Origin: Tubiluchus corallicola
Taxonomy: Eukaryota; Animalia; Priapulida
Length of the DNA stretch: 64,000 bases
Reading direction: 5' to 3'
NCBI GenBank assembly: GCA_030141605.1
Contig: JAQGDQ010000160.1
Coordinates: 1 to 64,000, forward strand
The notes beneath the pieces were generated by a model. It saw only the letters and a list, made by a program, of their open reading frames with translations, did no database searches and was not told where the DNA came from. Positions 1 to 12,975 of the stretch are shown here, one piece after another (within the stretch, counting starts at the first letter, position 1; the number at the start of each line of letters is the position of its first letter). Made by a program: the position numbers and the translations under genes.

Positions 1-2914
1 ACATCTTCGGGCTTCCGTTGGTGCAGTATAGTGGACCTCTAAAACTAATCTATGTATGTAGGTGTCAGGACTTATTTACTATGGCATGTGGATAGTATTT
101 GTTGGGGTTATTACTATTATAGACTTTGCCTTTGCTTTGACCTTGAAAGTTGGAAACTAGTATGCATATCGTCAAATGAGGACAGGGCTTTGCCATTTCG
201 CGGTTCTTTTGTGTCATTCTTCAATGATTTCTCAATGCTATCATGAAACTAACGTTTTCGTAAATACAAATTCGAGTTTCAGAACGAAAAAATTATGTAC
301 TGCCATTAACTACTGAGTATTTTATAGCTATATAATCATTCTTCATTTAACAGAACATTATAAATGATATATTGCAGCAACATTTTCTAAACAAATATTT
401 CCTTGTTAATCGCAGGTATGGAGAGACTTTTTCAAGTCAATCCGACAGACGAACGTGATGACATTATGTCTTGGCTTATCAACTAGTATAATTATATACC
501 TGGTCAAGAGGTTTGTAAACGAGAAGTTTAAGAGAAAATTGCCAGTACCAATTCCAATTGAACTTATTGTTGTAAGTAATTCAAAAATTATCAATATATA
601 TCAATATATTACTAAACTATAGTAGCTGATGTGCCACTCTTCTGGTTATCAGCTTACCTTGTTGGGCTGTTACAGTAGGTACTATGTAAACTATAACATT
701 TGCAATAAACCCATTTAAAATCATGATGGCCACTTTCAGATTTTCATGTGGAGGTGTCCATGTCAGATATAAGAGCTCATTTTATGACTTGGATTGTCAG
801 TGGATTGTCAGTAATGTAAAATATTTGGCATTTTTGCTAATTTCAAGTACACTGAAACCAAATTTATTTACTTATTTGTTCATAATAATTAACCATGCAT
901 TCTACTTACACCTAAGTTTTAGATCAGTAAAAAAAGTTAAAGCAAACACAAATGCTTACGAAATAGCTAAGCCATTGTGATAAAAGCCATATGTCACTTT
1001 GCTCCACAATTTTTGCCATTTTTTACAGAAATGCATTATTACTTTTGGCATACTGTCACACAATTGATGTATTTTTTGTACAGTTCGGCATAGTGCAGAC
1101 CATTATCCAGCACCCAATAGCAAACCCTATCCAATGAATATAGATTAGGTTGAACCTGTTTCCAATGGTGCATGCTTGTTCAGGAGGAAGAAGCAAGCAG
1201 ATATTTTGCAAATAACTCTAGAATCTTGAATTTGTTGCTTTACATAATACTTTCAGTAAAGTTGTTGTTTTTTTCAGGTAATTATTTTGACACTGGTTAC
1301 GTACTTAGCTAACTTGGAGGACACATTTGATGTAGATGTTGTGGGAGAAGTACCTGCTGGGTGAGTGTATGTCAATTTAGTACTAGTTACTGCTGCTTGT
1401 TCCAATCATGAATAAAAAACTTGTTAACTGCATAGTTTAATTGACTTAATTAACTTATAGTACATTTTTAGGTTTCCGCAGCCTACTGTACCTGATGTGA
1501 GTTTATTACCACTAATGTTTGGTGATGTTGTGTCTATTGGAATTATAAGTTGGGTTTTAAACATAGGAATGGCAGACGCATTAGCAAAGAAAAATGATTA
1601 TGTGATAGATGCAGATCAGGTATTTATGCTAATGGCTCGTATTGAATTTTCCATTATGCAAAATAAAACATTTTCTTTGGCGTTGTTGTTATCGTTATGT
1701 AAAAGTTGGCATACAAAAGCTACAGGTTTAAGTGTCAGTCGACGATAAAAAATTTTCTCGGTTTTTCTGTTGACTAGCACTCTTTCCACTAGCAAGATAT
1801 TAGAAATTTATATTTACCATATTTTTCAGGATACAGACACAAACACTAATGTTATGAGTATATGCCGCACGATTTGTTTGGAATGTTTTGGCCAACTGTG
1901 CAGACCATTTTAAGCCAGTTTCAACCTAAAAACAACAAAACAGAACAAATTAATAATTATTAAATGTAAGGCAGCATAATAATTAAACAACAAAAATGTA
2001 AACAAACTAAGCAAACTGAGCAAAATATAAGGCGGTCAACACCCATAATGCCTAGAATTAAGATAACATCATCAGTCATGAAGAATAACATCAGTACATT
2101 TTTGTTGTTTGTTTATCAGATTCGTTATAGCCTATGTTTCATTATTTTTAGGTCAGAATTGGCTAAAGCCATACATTTCAAATAAATAATTTGTGCTATA
2201 ATCATAACACTATTGATGCTTTTGTTTGTAATTAGATTTAGATTTCTCCCTGAATATTGTCTTTCGTGGGATTTCCATTTATTTTACATGGCGCATCTAT
2301 AATTACGAAAAACGTGCTGCATCTGGGGGGGGTGTGTATTTTGTTTTTTCTCATATTCGTAACAAATCAATGAATTTAACAATCAATGTTTTGCCATTGT
2401 TTTATAATTGACTTAGCTTCCTACTTATGTAGCCATATTATCAGGCTTATTAGTGCCCGTATTTCTGATCCTGAGCTGGCAAGGCCTTACAGCAATCCTC
2501 ACACACCCTAGTTGCATGTCACTGTTAGCTCGTTTTATAAACCTTAACTTTTGCTACATCAAACTGCTTTTTAAAATATAGTTATTTACTAAACACTTGC
2601 AATTCTAGGAATTGATATCTCTGGGTTCGTCTCACGTATTTGGCTCATTTTTTCTGTGCTTTCCTGGCTCAAATGCCCTTGCTAGAAGCATGATACAGGA
2701 AACTGTAGGAGGAGTAACACAGGTAAGTTCCTAGCCTGAAATAATATTTGGCTGTGATTAAGATTAATGGGACAGACGATTAGCCATTAAAAAATTCCGG
2801 TATATAATTTGTGTTTTCTCACCGAAAAATTTTAATTCACCATAATAGTATTTTGAATTGGTAATTTTATTATTAATTTTTTTGTACAGTTTTAATTTTA
2901 ATATTATTAGTATC

Positions 2915-2947
<33 letters not shown>

Positions 2948-5900
2948 AGTCTAATCTACCAATATAGCTGAGTGCTTTAGTGCTTGCTTACAAAGTTAAG
3001 CAGCACAAGATCTAGCTAGTAAGTACATAGGTGACTGTCAGAAAAACTCACCTGTAAAAATATATTTGAGCATAATGTAGCTCAATATGTCTTGATGTGC
3101 ACTTCCAGTAAGATGAGATAGTGCTGCAACACATACATCAATGGACAGCCATCTTTGGTTATATGCATCTTGACTTTACTATTATTACTCACTTTTCAGT
3201 TTTCACTTTTAAGGCTTAACATGTGTGTACATGTAGAACTTATGGTAGGCTATTTGTATATTAGTGTTGAGTTTGCACTTAGACGAGGAAGACATAGTAT
3301 ATTCACACTATGTGAATATAGATCACCCCCTTTATTGACAAACCATGTTCAGTGCTGCTTAACCATTATAGTAAAACAGACATCATTACTACTCAGCTAG
3401 TATGTAAGGATGGTGAGTTTTGAAGTAACTGAGAGCACGCTGTTGCTCATTTTGTTTTATATGATTGTAAGTACTTATAACACTTTCATTTCATAGCTAT
3501 TTCTGTTTCTGTAAATTCATTGCACAAATTTTTCGTTTAATAATTAATCATTAAACAATTTCCTGTAGATTGCTGGATTGGTATCTTGTCTAGTGGTGCT
3601 ACTGGTTTTACTAGTGCTAAGTCCATATTTGTATACTCTACCCACTGTAAGTTGATATTGTTGTTTACATTCAGTAAATCATCCATTGTACAATAATTAC
3701 AACATCAAAACTCACTTCTGCCTCTTTACTTTTACAATTAAATAGCCTATGTAAAAATTATTGAAGTTCTGTATCTTCTTAAAAGTGCTAAGCTTGTTTC
3801 CAACTAAATTAAATTTGGAAAATTAAAATTAGACTTTTAGGATATGGATCTATATACGTCTAGTATGTATAAGTTTGCTTTTGTATATTACAGACTGTTT
3901 TGTCTGGAATAATTCTCATCTCGTTAAAAGGAATGTACCTTCAGTACTGGGATTTAATCACCTTGTGGAGGATATCAAGATTAGACTGGGTGGGTTATAA
4001 TATTATTTCCTTTATTTTTTGAATTTGACTTATTTTTCACTTAAGTTAGTTTCACTATAGTTAGGAAAATTATTTCCATTTTCAATGATATTTTGTTTGT
4101 CGAAAATTTTTGATTCTCTGCCAGCTTAACTAAGTAACTCTAAAATTGTTGAAAAATAGCTTTACTTTGGTGGGCTTGGTTCTAAAGGCTGGGCTTAACC
4201 AAATACTTTAAAAACAAGTATCACCTACCCCTTTGTCAAATGTACAGAATTGTCAGAATAAACATAAGATAACAAGGTGTCAACCTAATATGCTGTCACT
4301 GATGGCTATTCTTCTTAACAGATAGTGCTGTTGCTCGAACTTTCCCTTATTGATCAACCTTCACTGACAATGGGCAACAGTTTATTGTTGCCAGTGTCTT
4401 TGTAACTCACCTTATTAACACACCATATAAAATCATAAAAGCATGATCATGTGTATTTTGTATTTTTTGTATTTAAGGACATCTGACAGGAAAAATATAT
4501 GCAATAAAACATGTACACGCTTTGTCACATGTTGTTGTTTCAGCTAGTGTGGTTTGTGACGTGGTTAGCAATTGTATTAACTGATGTGGATCTGGGTCTC
4601 CTCATTGGCTGTGCTTTTGGAATTCTCACTATTGTTATCAGGACACAAATGTATGTATTTCATTCTTTAATACAGCTCTAAATGTTGGACTAATCTGTAA
4701 AGTTCTTATTTAGAAAAAATGTTATAATATGACACTTTTTGTCAGGCATGTTTTATCTTTATCTGACAATGGCAGTTAGACACCAAGTAAAACAGAAGGA
4801 AATTTAAGTTTTTTTGAGATTTGTAAGCTATTGTCTAAAATTGGACAATTTTGTTTCATGCAGAGTGTCTACCAGACAAGCGAGAATTGGGTATAAAATA
4901 TACCTTCTTATCAGTCCTGGCTATAAATAATATAAAATAAAATCAGTTTTAATCACTTAACAAGTAGTATTTTTTACACACACTTGTTGCTTTATAGTAA
5001 CATTAATTTAATTCCAGGGCTTCTTCTGTCAATATATCAGAAGTAGACAACACCAACTACTACCTAGACAATGCTCGTTATTCAAAGGTAGGTTTACTTA
5101 CAAATTAATTTAAATACAACAGTGCAGTATATAGTACATATAAATTCAGATTAGCTTATCAACTGATGCAGCTCTTCTGAAAGATGTTTATTACTATCTT
5201 TCACTTTGCATCATGTACAGTGGCTGGTCTTAAATAATTGATATTTGACTCAGTTCCAGTATTTATATTGTTTAAAATTGAAACCGATGAACATTATTCT
5301 ACATGGAGTCATACTTTTCTTAACTATCTTAAGTAACTACTGATAGTTTGAATAATTTGTCTACAATTAAACTTTAAAAGCAGGTGTAACTTTTGAGGGT
5401 ATGCACCTACATATGTAAAGAAATTTTGCAACCGGTACATTTTATAACAACTGTGACTGTCTTCATACAGAAATTATTTTTAGCAGCATGCACATGCCAA
5501 GCAGCACCTGTAATTTGAAAACTGTTTATCTTGTGCTACCTATATACATTAAAATAGGCAATCTGTACCAACATTCATCTTAGTCTAATTTTTATTTTTA
5601 AAAATTATTGTTTTTGCAGACTAATGATATTCCTGAAATAAAAATAGTAAGGTTTGAAGGTCCAATTTACTACATGAACAGTCGTCGGTTCAAGATGCAA
5701 GTTTATGAGAAAACAGGCCTTGTGCCTAAAGAAATCAAACAAGGTCTGAAGGCAAAATCTAAACTTGATAAAAATGCACAGGTGATTTTTCTATTTACTG
5801 AAGGATTAGTAATCATACTTCCAGAGATTCTTTATTTATTAAATCTTGGATCAGTATCAGACTTTTGTAGTCTTAATTTAACACGAACTTTATAGCTAGC

Positions 5901-7402
5901 TTACTGTTTATGCACCTGTACTGCTGATTGCCCATGCTTATTGCAAGAAAGAATCAGTTTTTTGCATGTAATAGGATCACGCAGATTACACCATGTCTTT
6001 TTGTGAGAAAAACCCAAGAAGCAATATTGAGTTTTTAAAATTAAAACATACAAAACTACTTAGTTTCTAAAAGTTTTGAAATAGAGCAACTAGTTGATAA
6101 CTAACTACATTGGCTGCACTGTAATATGGCAAAATTAACTACTATTGCTTGTTTCAGATGGAAAGTGAGCGTTCAGTAATTCTTCCTAATAATGCTGTAA
6201 CTACCCTTATCATAGACTGTAGTGCCATACCAGATATTGACGTCGATGGAGCTAAAACGTTTGTAATTCTGGCAAAGGAGTATCAGTCTGTTGACATTGA
6301 AGTGGTTTTGGCTGCAGTTGCCCGTAAGTTTTTGGTTTAGTGTTTATTATTGCAACATCACCAAGAAACAAAAAAATATATATATACATATATATCTACA
6401 TATATGGCAAAATGTAACTAACTATTACGTAATAATTGCCAGAAAATTTGCAAATATAAAAGTATTATTATAATTAACAATTATTAATGTGTTATGGTAT
6501 AAAATAAATTGTTGCTGCATTAATGTTGAAAAGCTTAGCGTATGACACTGTAATGCACTTAAATATACTTAAACTGTTAACTTGTGCAGCTTAACATATG
6601 TGGTAATAGGTAGAGTAAAAATATTAAATGAAACTTGGTGAAGACTGCAAAAGTTATTAGTTGGTAGGGTTAAAATAACGAAATGATGCATACAAAAATG
6701 AATGTGAGATTATTGTTTACATCATTGTAAGCCAAACTATCTCATTGTGAGGGCGTTTCATTACTGTATGTGCCCAAATTTTAAAACATGAAAAATTAAA
6801 AAGTGGTACAGTCCAAAATTGAACATTTTAATTTGATAATAGATACTTTGTTCAATTGATATAAAAGGTCTGGCAACAAGCAGCATTAATTCTAAAATGA
6901 TGCATTAGTTCTACTTGGACACTTATTAAATCTTTGGTTAATAAAATAACGAAATAAACAAATATGACATATATTATGTGTTTGTGCATGAACATGCTTG
7001 TAGTATATTTAATTGTCATCAGTGGTCTATTGGATGCAATTTAGTTTGAGATAATACAGTTTGACAGATGCAACTTAGATTTCAAACAATATGTTCTATT
7101 TAAATAAACAAATATTTTTTTGCTCAATCACCTACAGGAATAATGTAAAATTTATTATTTTTTCAGGTAAAGTTCGTTTGCAACTTATTAAAGCTGACTT
7201 GTTTGACAAATTACCACAACTTTGCTTATACTTGAATGTGTCAGACGCGGTTGCATCAAGAACTGTAAAGGAAAACACTGAAGAACTCAAAGAAGCACAC
7301 ACTGAAGACTCGAACCTAAATCACAGAAAAGGCAATTCTCACCATGCTGCAGTCAGTTTTGATTATGGAGATGTGGATTACAGTGAGGTGTCTAAGTTGT
7401 AG
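1..7402 (+). CDS. SLC26-family (prestin/pendrin-like) anion transporter, 5'-truncated by the window edge; TM domain plus STAS domain
   Basis: GT-AG exons in consistent phase: <1-53 (IFGLPLVQYSGPLKLIY), 416-571 (..KFKRKLPVPIPIELIV), 1278-1360 (..VVGEVPAG), 1472-1619 (FPQPTVP..YVIDADQ), 2609-2722 (ELISLG..ALARSMIQETVGGVTQ), 3569-3646 (IAGLVS..YTLPT), 3894-3989 (TVLSGII..LKGM..LWRISRLDW), 4544-4650 (..DVDLGLLIG..IRTQ), 5018-5087, 5620-5781 (IKIVRFEGPIYYMN, STAS), 6158-6323 (LIIDCSAIPDIDVDG, STAS), 7167-7402 (stop TAG). PIPIELI, GGxTQ and the STAS motifs are SLC26 hallmarks. Orthology to a specific vertebrate member cannot be assigned. Confidence 0.93.
2918..2947. repeat. (ATT)n microsatellite in SLC26 intron
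   Basis: About 10 tandem ATT units read directly. Confidence 0.9.
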
Positions 7403-7492
7403 AGAAACTCAATTTTATTGTCATTTTTAAATGTGACGACTATGAATGGAACTAAGCTGATATGTCATTGAAGCAATAGTACAAAATTTTTA

Positions 7493-7600
7493 ATGATGCT
7501 GATGATGATGTGTGGTGATGGTGATGGAGATGATACTGATAGTGATTTTGATGATGACGGTGATATGTTAATGATGGTGTATGATAATAGTGATGATGTT
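7493..7600. repeat. degenerate (GAT)n simple repeat in SLC26 3' region
   Basis: atgatgctgatgatgatgtgtggtgatggtgatggagatgat... imperfect GAT/GGT units. Confidence 0.7.
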
Positions 7601-7854
7601 TTCATTACTTAACAAGGCCAGTAAAAAATACTGCATATCTACTCCAGATTAAATGCTAAAGACGTTTTCATTTGTGGCTAAAAAGTTATGTCTGAGCACT
7701 GTTTTCAGTTTTCAGCTGTTTTTGAAGTAAATTAAATTGCGTCGAATTTTGTTTGATATTTTTGGATGTTGCATGAAAATGTCAAGTATGAATGCTTACT
7801 AAAACAATTGTATGGGGCACCCATTGGAAACCCACAGCGTTTTACAAGTGTACT

Positions 7855-8891
7855 CAGGTCCAGCTCTACCACTAGGCAGTTGCCTAGGGTGTCAAATTCT
7901 TTAATTTTTAAGTTTGTCATAAATAATGATGTAGTAAATGTAGTAAAATGCATAATTTTGCACAACACTAACTAAATGAAAAAAATTTTCAGTGGCGTTT
8001 TCATGCCAATATGTATGATTCGTCCACGGTAACATGGAGTTGTCTTCCTGCAACAAACATTTTCCACTTTCGCTTTACCTGGCTTCCTAAGATTTATGCC
8101 ATTTCAGGCAGATACTACTGACATTTTGCCAGGGCCGGTTCTACCTTTAAGGCAAACTAGGCAGTTGCCTAGGGCGCCAAATTTTTGGAGATGCCAAATT
8201 ATAGAAGTAAGTCTTTAATTTTGAAGTTAGCCTAAGTACACATTCTTTAAGTGCACTAGAGTAACTAAATGAAACGAACTAATTGTGTTATTGTAGTGTC
8301 AAAATATATAGGTCATGGACATTAGCAATACTCTTCCCACACCAAAACACTCTGCTTTTTGCTTTATCAGGTTTTCTGAGATTATGTCAGTTCACGCACA
8401 GAGCAGCAACGTTATGTTAGCCCTTATAGTAATGACTCTTCCGTTAATAAATAAATTCTTATAATAGCATTTATCTACTTATGACAGATAAATCTAAATG
8501 AGTCGATTATATTTGGGAGCGAATATATGAAACAAAGAATAAAAAAGGCAACAATGACAATGAACAAAAAGGGGTTAGGGTTTCAAAATTTTCTGATGAA
8601 AAACGGAGGGAAAATCTAGCAAAGAGTAGCAGAAATTGCTGAAACTTGTTTGCCCCCCGAAGACCCAGGATGTATAATGGCGTCATAAATTCAATTTCAA
8701 ATTCAAACAACACAAGTTGTACATAGATTGTACACTATAATACATCTATAATACCATTATACTTTATAATCTTATACAAAGAAAATCAATTTTACGGGTT
8801 CGTGGAGACCGGGAGGGAAGCGATTGACTATTGAGAAGGGGGTGCAAAAATACTTTTGCCTAGGGCGTCAAACTACCTAGAGCCGGCTTTT
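7855..8891. mobile_element. degenerate non-autonomous hAT (Tip100-like) element(s); two tandem left ends
   Basis: Left end CAGGGCCGGTTCTA at 8130 pairs with TAGAGCCGGC at 8878-8887. Internal TGCCTAGGGCG repeats occur at ~8167 and ~8857. A second diverged left end (caggtccagctctaccactaggcagttgcctaggg) is at 7855. No clean TSD. Confidence 0.55.
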
Positions 8892-10381
8892 AGTGTGCTG
8901 CATCTATTAATTGAAATTTCTCCTTAAACAAAACTTTAGCGAATTTAGTAATCATAAGAATGATGTGTGAGCTTTCTTGCTACATATTTATTTTTTGAGC
9001 TGTACAATACTTAAGTAGTCAGTAGCGATAAACCATATCTTAAAATCAAGTTTCCCTTTATGGATTTTTTGTTGCAAACTTCGACACCAGATGGTGCCAG
9101 CGTTCAGTTTTAAAACTTAACCCAGAGCTTAAACTTATTCGTGTACGAGTTACGTCTTGATTACATCATAAACACTAATTAATGAATTTAGCGTATTATA
9201 TTAGTACATTTTTTGTAAATATATATAATTTCTTGTGCTGATTTTTTTAGTTGTACCTTTATAGTATTCTACACACTTCATTGACATTTTACTAAAACAG
9301 TATACGCAATTATGTATTTTTAAGCTTTTTTAAATCATGTTATTTTCAAAATACTCTGTTTATTTCAATATAATATTGCAGATTTTCAATACGATTTTTG
9401 ACTGCTTTTATGTTTATTGATAACATACTGCAAAGTTTATTTACACACAACATGTATTCCATCCGCCATTGTTTCGTTTCACAAAAGCTAATATTTATAA
9501 AAAACATCCTCCTGTGCAATTTGGGAAGAACTTCTTTAGATTAGAAGCAATGTTGATGGATGACCAACAAAACCAAGATGCATGATATTTCTGTATCTTA
9601 CAGGCTTACAGCAGGTTTCAGTTAGCGAAATCTAGCCAAGCTTTTTAAGTTGAAAGTGTGGGGCTGGGGTGAGATCTCAAAACATATTATTAAAAATATT
9701 TTGTGTACTGTACCAACTTCTAAAAAATATTTCTGTTTGAGAAGTTTTTGTTGAGGCTTCTGCCCTGTACGCAGGCATATAAATACAGTGACTTCAGCTG
9801 ATGAGTGAAATACATGAACTAGACAGCTTATAAAAATCTTGTTTTTCGTCAGTGGATGGCACGGTGCCATTGGCACCAGTACTACATACTTAGCTATAGA
9901 AAACATGACAAAACAAGTCTAACAGAACTTAAAGATACACTAGCTTCCGTTAATTTAATAATAAATTTACTAGATGGTGACGCCAACATGTAAATAATGT
10001 TAGTAACAATATACAGTATTATGCAGCTATGGCAGCAACTATTGGAAGAAATATCATAAGCTGATGGCTCAGAAACTACTGATTCCTTGAGCTTTGGAAA
10101 ATTGGAAATTGTATAAAAATAGCTAAGTAGACCTATCACTGCAAACTGTAAAGGGTCGCAATAACCTAGAGTCAGTAACTTGAGAGTTGACGCACACAGT
10201 ATACACAATCGAGTGACGTATGTAACTATAAAATTTCTCTAGATGAGATAAGTTGGAGGTTGTCTGAACTGAGCTCCGTCTAGTAGCCTAGTAACAGAGT
10301 TCAAGCGTTCTCGTTTAGTACGTTCAGTCTCACGTAGTTCTCAGGTAGGAGACAGACTTGATCACATAGCGCGTGACGAGA

Positions 10382-10552
10382 ATGGAGAACAACGTGGAAG
10401 CGCTGATAAACGGCACGTGTCCGGATCAGAAAAACGGTTATGACGACGGCGACCATCATGAGAGTACCACAATGGAACAAATGATCAGCGGACAAAACAC
10501 GCTTGATGTTACGTTAAAGCTCTACAGTCAGTGGGGTCTCCAGTACAACAAG
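10382..10552 (+). CDS. METTL27: candidate alternative first coding exon 1A of METTL27-like methyltransferase
   Basis: ATG 10382 reads MENNVEAL...SGQNTLDVTLKLYSQWGLQYNK, then phase-0 donor AAG|gtgtgt. The C-terminal part matches the YxxWxxxY motif at the METTL27 N-terminus and aligns with exon 1B. Confidence 0.7.
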
Positions 10553-10919
10553 GTGTGTCCTAATTTAAAGTCAAATCCTTAGATACAGGTTGAGTCAAAA
10601 AGCATAACGTAAAGCAATCCAGCCTTGCAAATATGTATGGTTTCCACGATTTCGGTTAGAAAAAAGTGTAATCAGGAGATAAAGAAAATGTATTGAAACA
10701 GTTAATTTCATTCCTTATTATTTTAATGACACCTTGTTGGTGTGCGATCGGCTATTATCACTAAATCAAAAATTACAACTGTGGTTCGTATGAAAAATCA
10801 GCAATTTTTTTTTGTCAATTGATTCTCGGTTAGATTGTGAGATGACAATTTTCCTATCCTTACTTAATGTCATTCCTAGTTTTAAATTTCTTTCACAATT
10901 TTTCAAGATAACATTTTAA

Positions 10920-11406
10920 GGTAGGCCCTACCTCTCAAGAATGGAGGTAAAATAGTATGCAGTAGCCTACATGTAGGCCTGATATTTTTTCTGAATTTAG
11001 TGAATTACACCGCCATTTAAACTACCTCTGTATTTTGTCTTAACTGATTGTTTTACGTTTTTTAAATGATTGTTGTAGAAAATTTGTTTAAATGAGAAAC
11101 TGCTTAACCAAAAATTGCACATGCTTTCTATTGTAGTCACTACTTATTAGTAAATGGTATAACATGATTTAAAGCAGTATTTTTAAATTACTGCTACAAG
11201 AACACATCTAGTAACATTATTTTTTATATTAACGCAATTAATTTTGTCGCTTTAGAGCAATTTTAAGTAGAGAACCTAATAATGTATTAAGCTGCAGCTG
11301 TTAAAATTATTATTTTAAGTATGTGCCATAAAGAGCACTACATTCCTAATTTTTAGTAAAGCTTTTTTATTATCGGCTTGAGGTGTCCTAGTCTGTAGGT
11401 CATACT
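10920..11406. mobile_element. possible degenerate Kolobok-like (TTAA-targeting) MITE
   Basis: TTAA|GGTAGGCCCTAC ... GTAGGTCATACT|TATA gives a 9/12 terminal inverted match with GG termini. The right TSD is imperfect. Confidence 0.3.
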
Positions 11407-11719
11407 TATAAGACAGGTAAAAAGATACACTGCAGTCAATAAGACATTTGAATTCTAAGAATTTTTATAACGTAGGGGAAAAACTGTGCATTTTTGTTAC
11501 AAAAATTTTTATCGTTTGTGTACAACTAAAAACTTTTAATTATAATTATATCTGTGAACGTAGAGAAATTTTCAAGAATACATATAGGCTTATCAGTGTT
11601 TTTAAATTATCACAAAACGTGGGTCTTATAAGAATAAAGCTTAAACTGTGTCTTTTGCAACGATGTGCTTAGCTTTGCAAATTTGTATGCAGAAACTCAT
11701 TTTTAATTACTCACTGCAG

Positions 11720-11972
11720 AGTAACCTATAAAGAGGTCTATATCGCCGTGATGTTGTAGTTGTTCTACTTCTCGTTGTTCATGCAATATGTTTTTGGTAG
11801 CTACAAAAAATCGCAAAAAGCAATGGTGCGCTTCATTAAGGAGCTAACGTCAGAATAACTAGTGGCGTGATCTTAACCTTAACTTAAGCGACTACGTAAT
11901 TTAATAAATTATACTCTGTTGGTCTTGGAGAAGGTGTGCGCTCTACGGTTTGTCCCATGTGTGCCATTCTAG
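11720..11972 (+). mobile_element. possible Helitron/Helentron-associated non-autonomous repeat remnant
   Basis: The 3' end ..GGAGAAGGTGTGCGCTCTAC..GTGCCATTCTAG resembles a recalled widespread animal repeat terminus ending in CTAG. The left boundary is uncertain. Confidence 0.3.
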
Positions 11973-12694
11973 CTTGAAAAATGGCCTTGGCCAGGATTTT
12001 ACAGAGCAGCTAGGAAACTGAAATTTGACACAAAGAGCGAGTGAGCTCGGAGTAACCTAATGCTTCACATTCCGGACTAGCTAGTTTCATTCAAAATTTC
12101 AACCTGCGAACTAATACAGACCCATGAGTCTTTCAGATATGATTCGTAATTGTAAACGCCTAACGAAATGGTACTTCTGCTATTAACGTCCCTGTAACTT
12201 ATAATAGTTATGCCTGTTATGTACGAACAGATGCCAATCTGCCGCTGTCATGTCAATCAACTTTACACTTAAAGTATGTCACTATCAATGCATCTTATAG
12301 TTCGTGTTGCAAACCAAGGTTCCAAAAAGTTATAGAAATTCAGAATTTATTCTCTTTCTTGCAACATTTCTACATTTAAACAACCTCAGCTAGTAATCCA
12401 TTTCATTTCAAGTGATTTTTCAAGTTAATTCTGCAGTTTCATAAACGTATTCTTAAAACGCCCCTACGTTACTGCCAGTAGAATGTTCATCGGGTGTTTA
12501 CGCGTTCATAGCGAATTTTCTTCACACAGATCTTTAGAAGTCTGATATATATTCACGTATCTGGACCACGTCCATCAAATAAAGCATCTCTATTCGAAGT
12601 CTGTAGCATCTTTGGCCATAAAAAACGCTGATTTAGTTCTAATTTCCGCAAGACTTGCACACCTTATTTTGGAAAATGGGGAATGTAATGGACC

Positions 12695-12975
12695 GTAATG
12701 TAATGTAATGCAGTGGCTGAGTAGTCCAATAAATTCTATGTTAATGTTACATTTTTGGAAAGCCCCATATTCTCAGTCTGCAGTGTTGCGAGATTACTAT
12801 ATTTTAGTCTACTGGGCAAACAAGATACCGAGTGGCCTTGACACGTTCTTAACTGTTTCGGTGCTCACCGCATGCCATGAGAAGCGACGAGAACATCCTG
12901 TGTTAGCTCTTTGGACTTGCAGAGAGTTTAACCCTGGATATCTTGATAAAAGTGCTCTAAACTAGTTACATTCGT
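12695..12975 (-). mobile_element. possible degenerate tRNA-derived SINE
   Basis: The minus strand starts with A-box/B-box-like segments (tagtttagagcac...gggttaaactc) and ends in a (CATTA)n tail (gtaatgtaatgtaatg on +). Confidence 0.3.

Noticed and set aside
9085-9098. CTCF-like motif CACCAGATGGTGCC between SLC26 and METTL27 (similar GGCGCCATCT at ~34130)
   Set aside because: Short isolated motif matches cannot be supported without binding data.
12480-12665. Possible LINE RT remnant on the minus strand (EIRTKS..MAKDA); similar hints at 17560-17870 and 20760-21340
   Set aside because: Too degraded to assign by eye; needs a RepeatMasker/HMM search.
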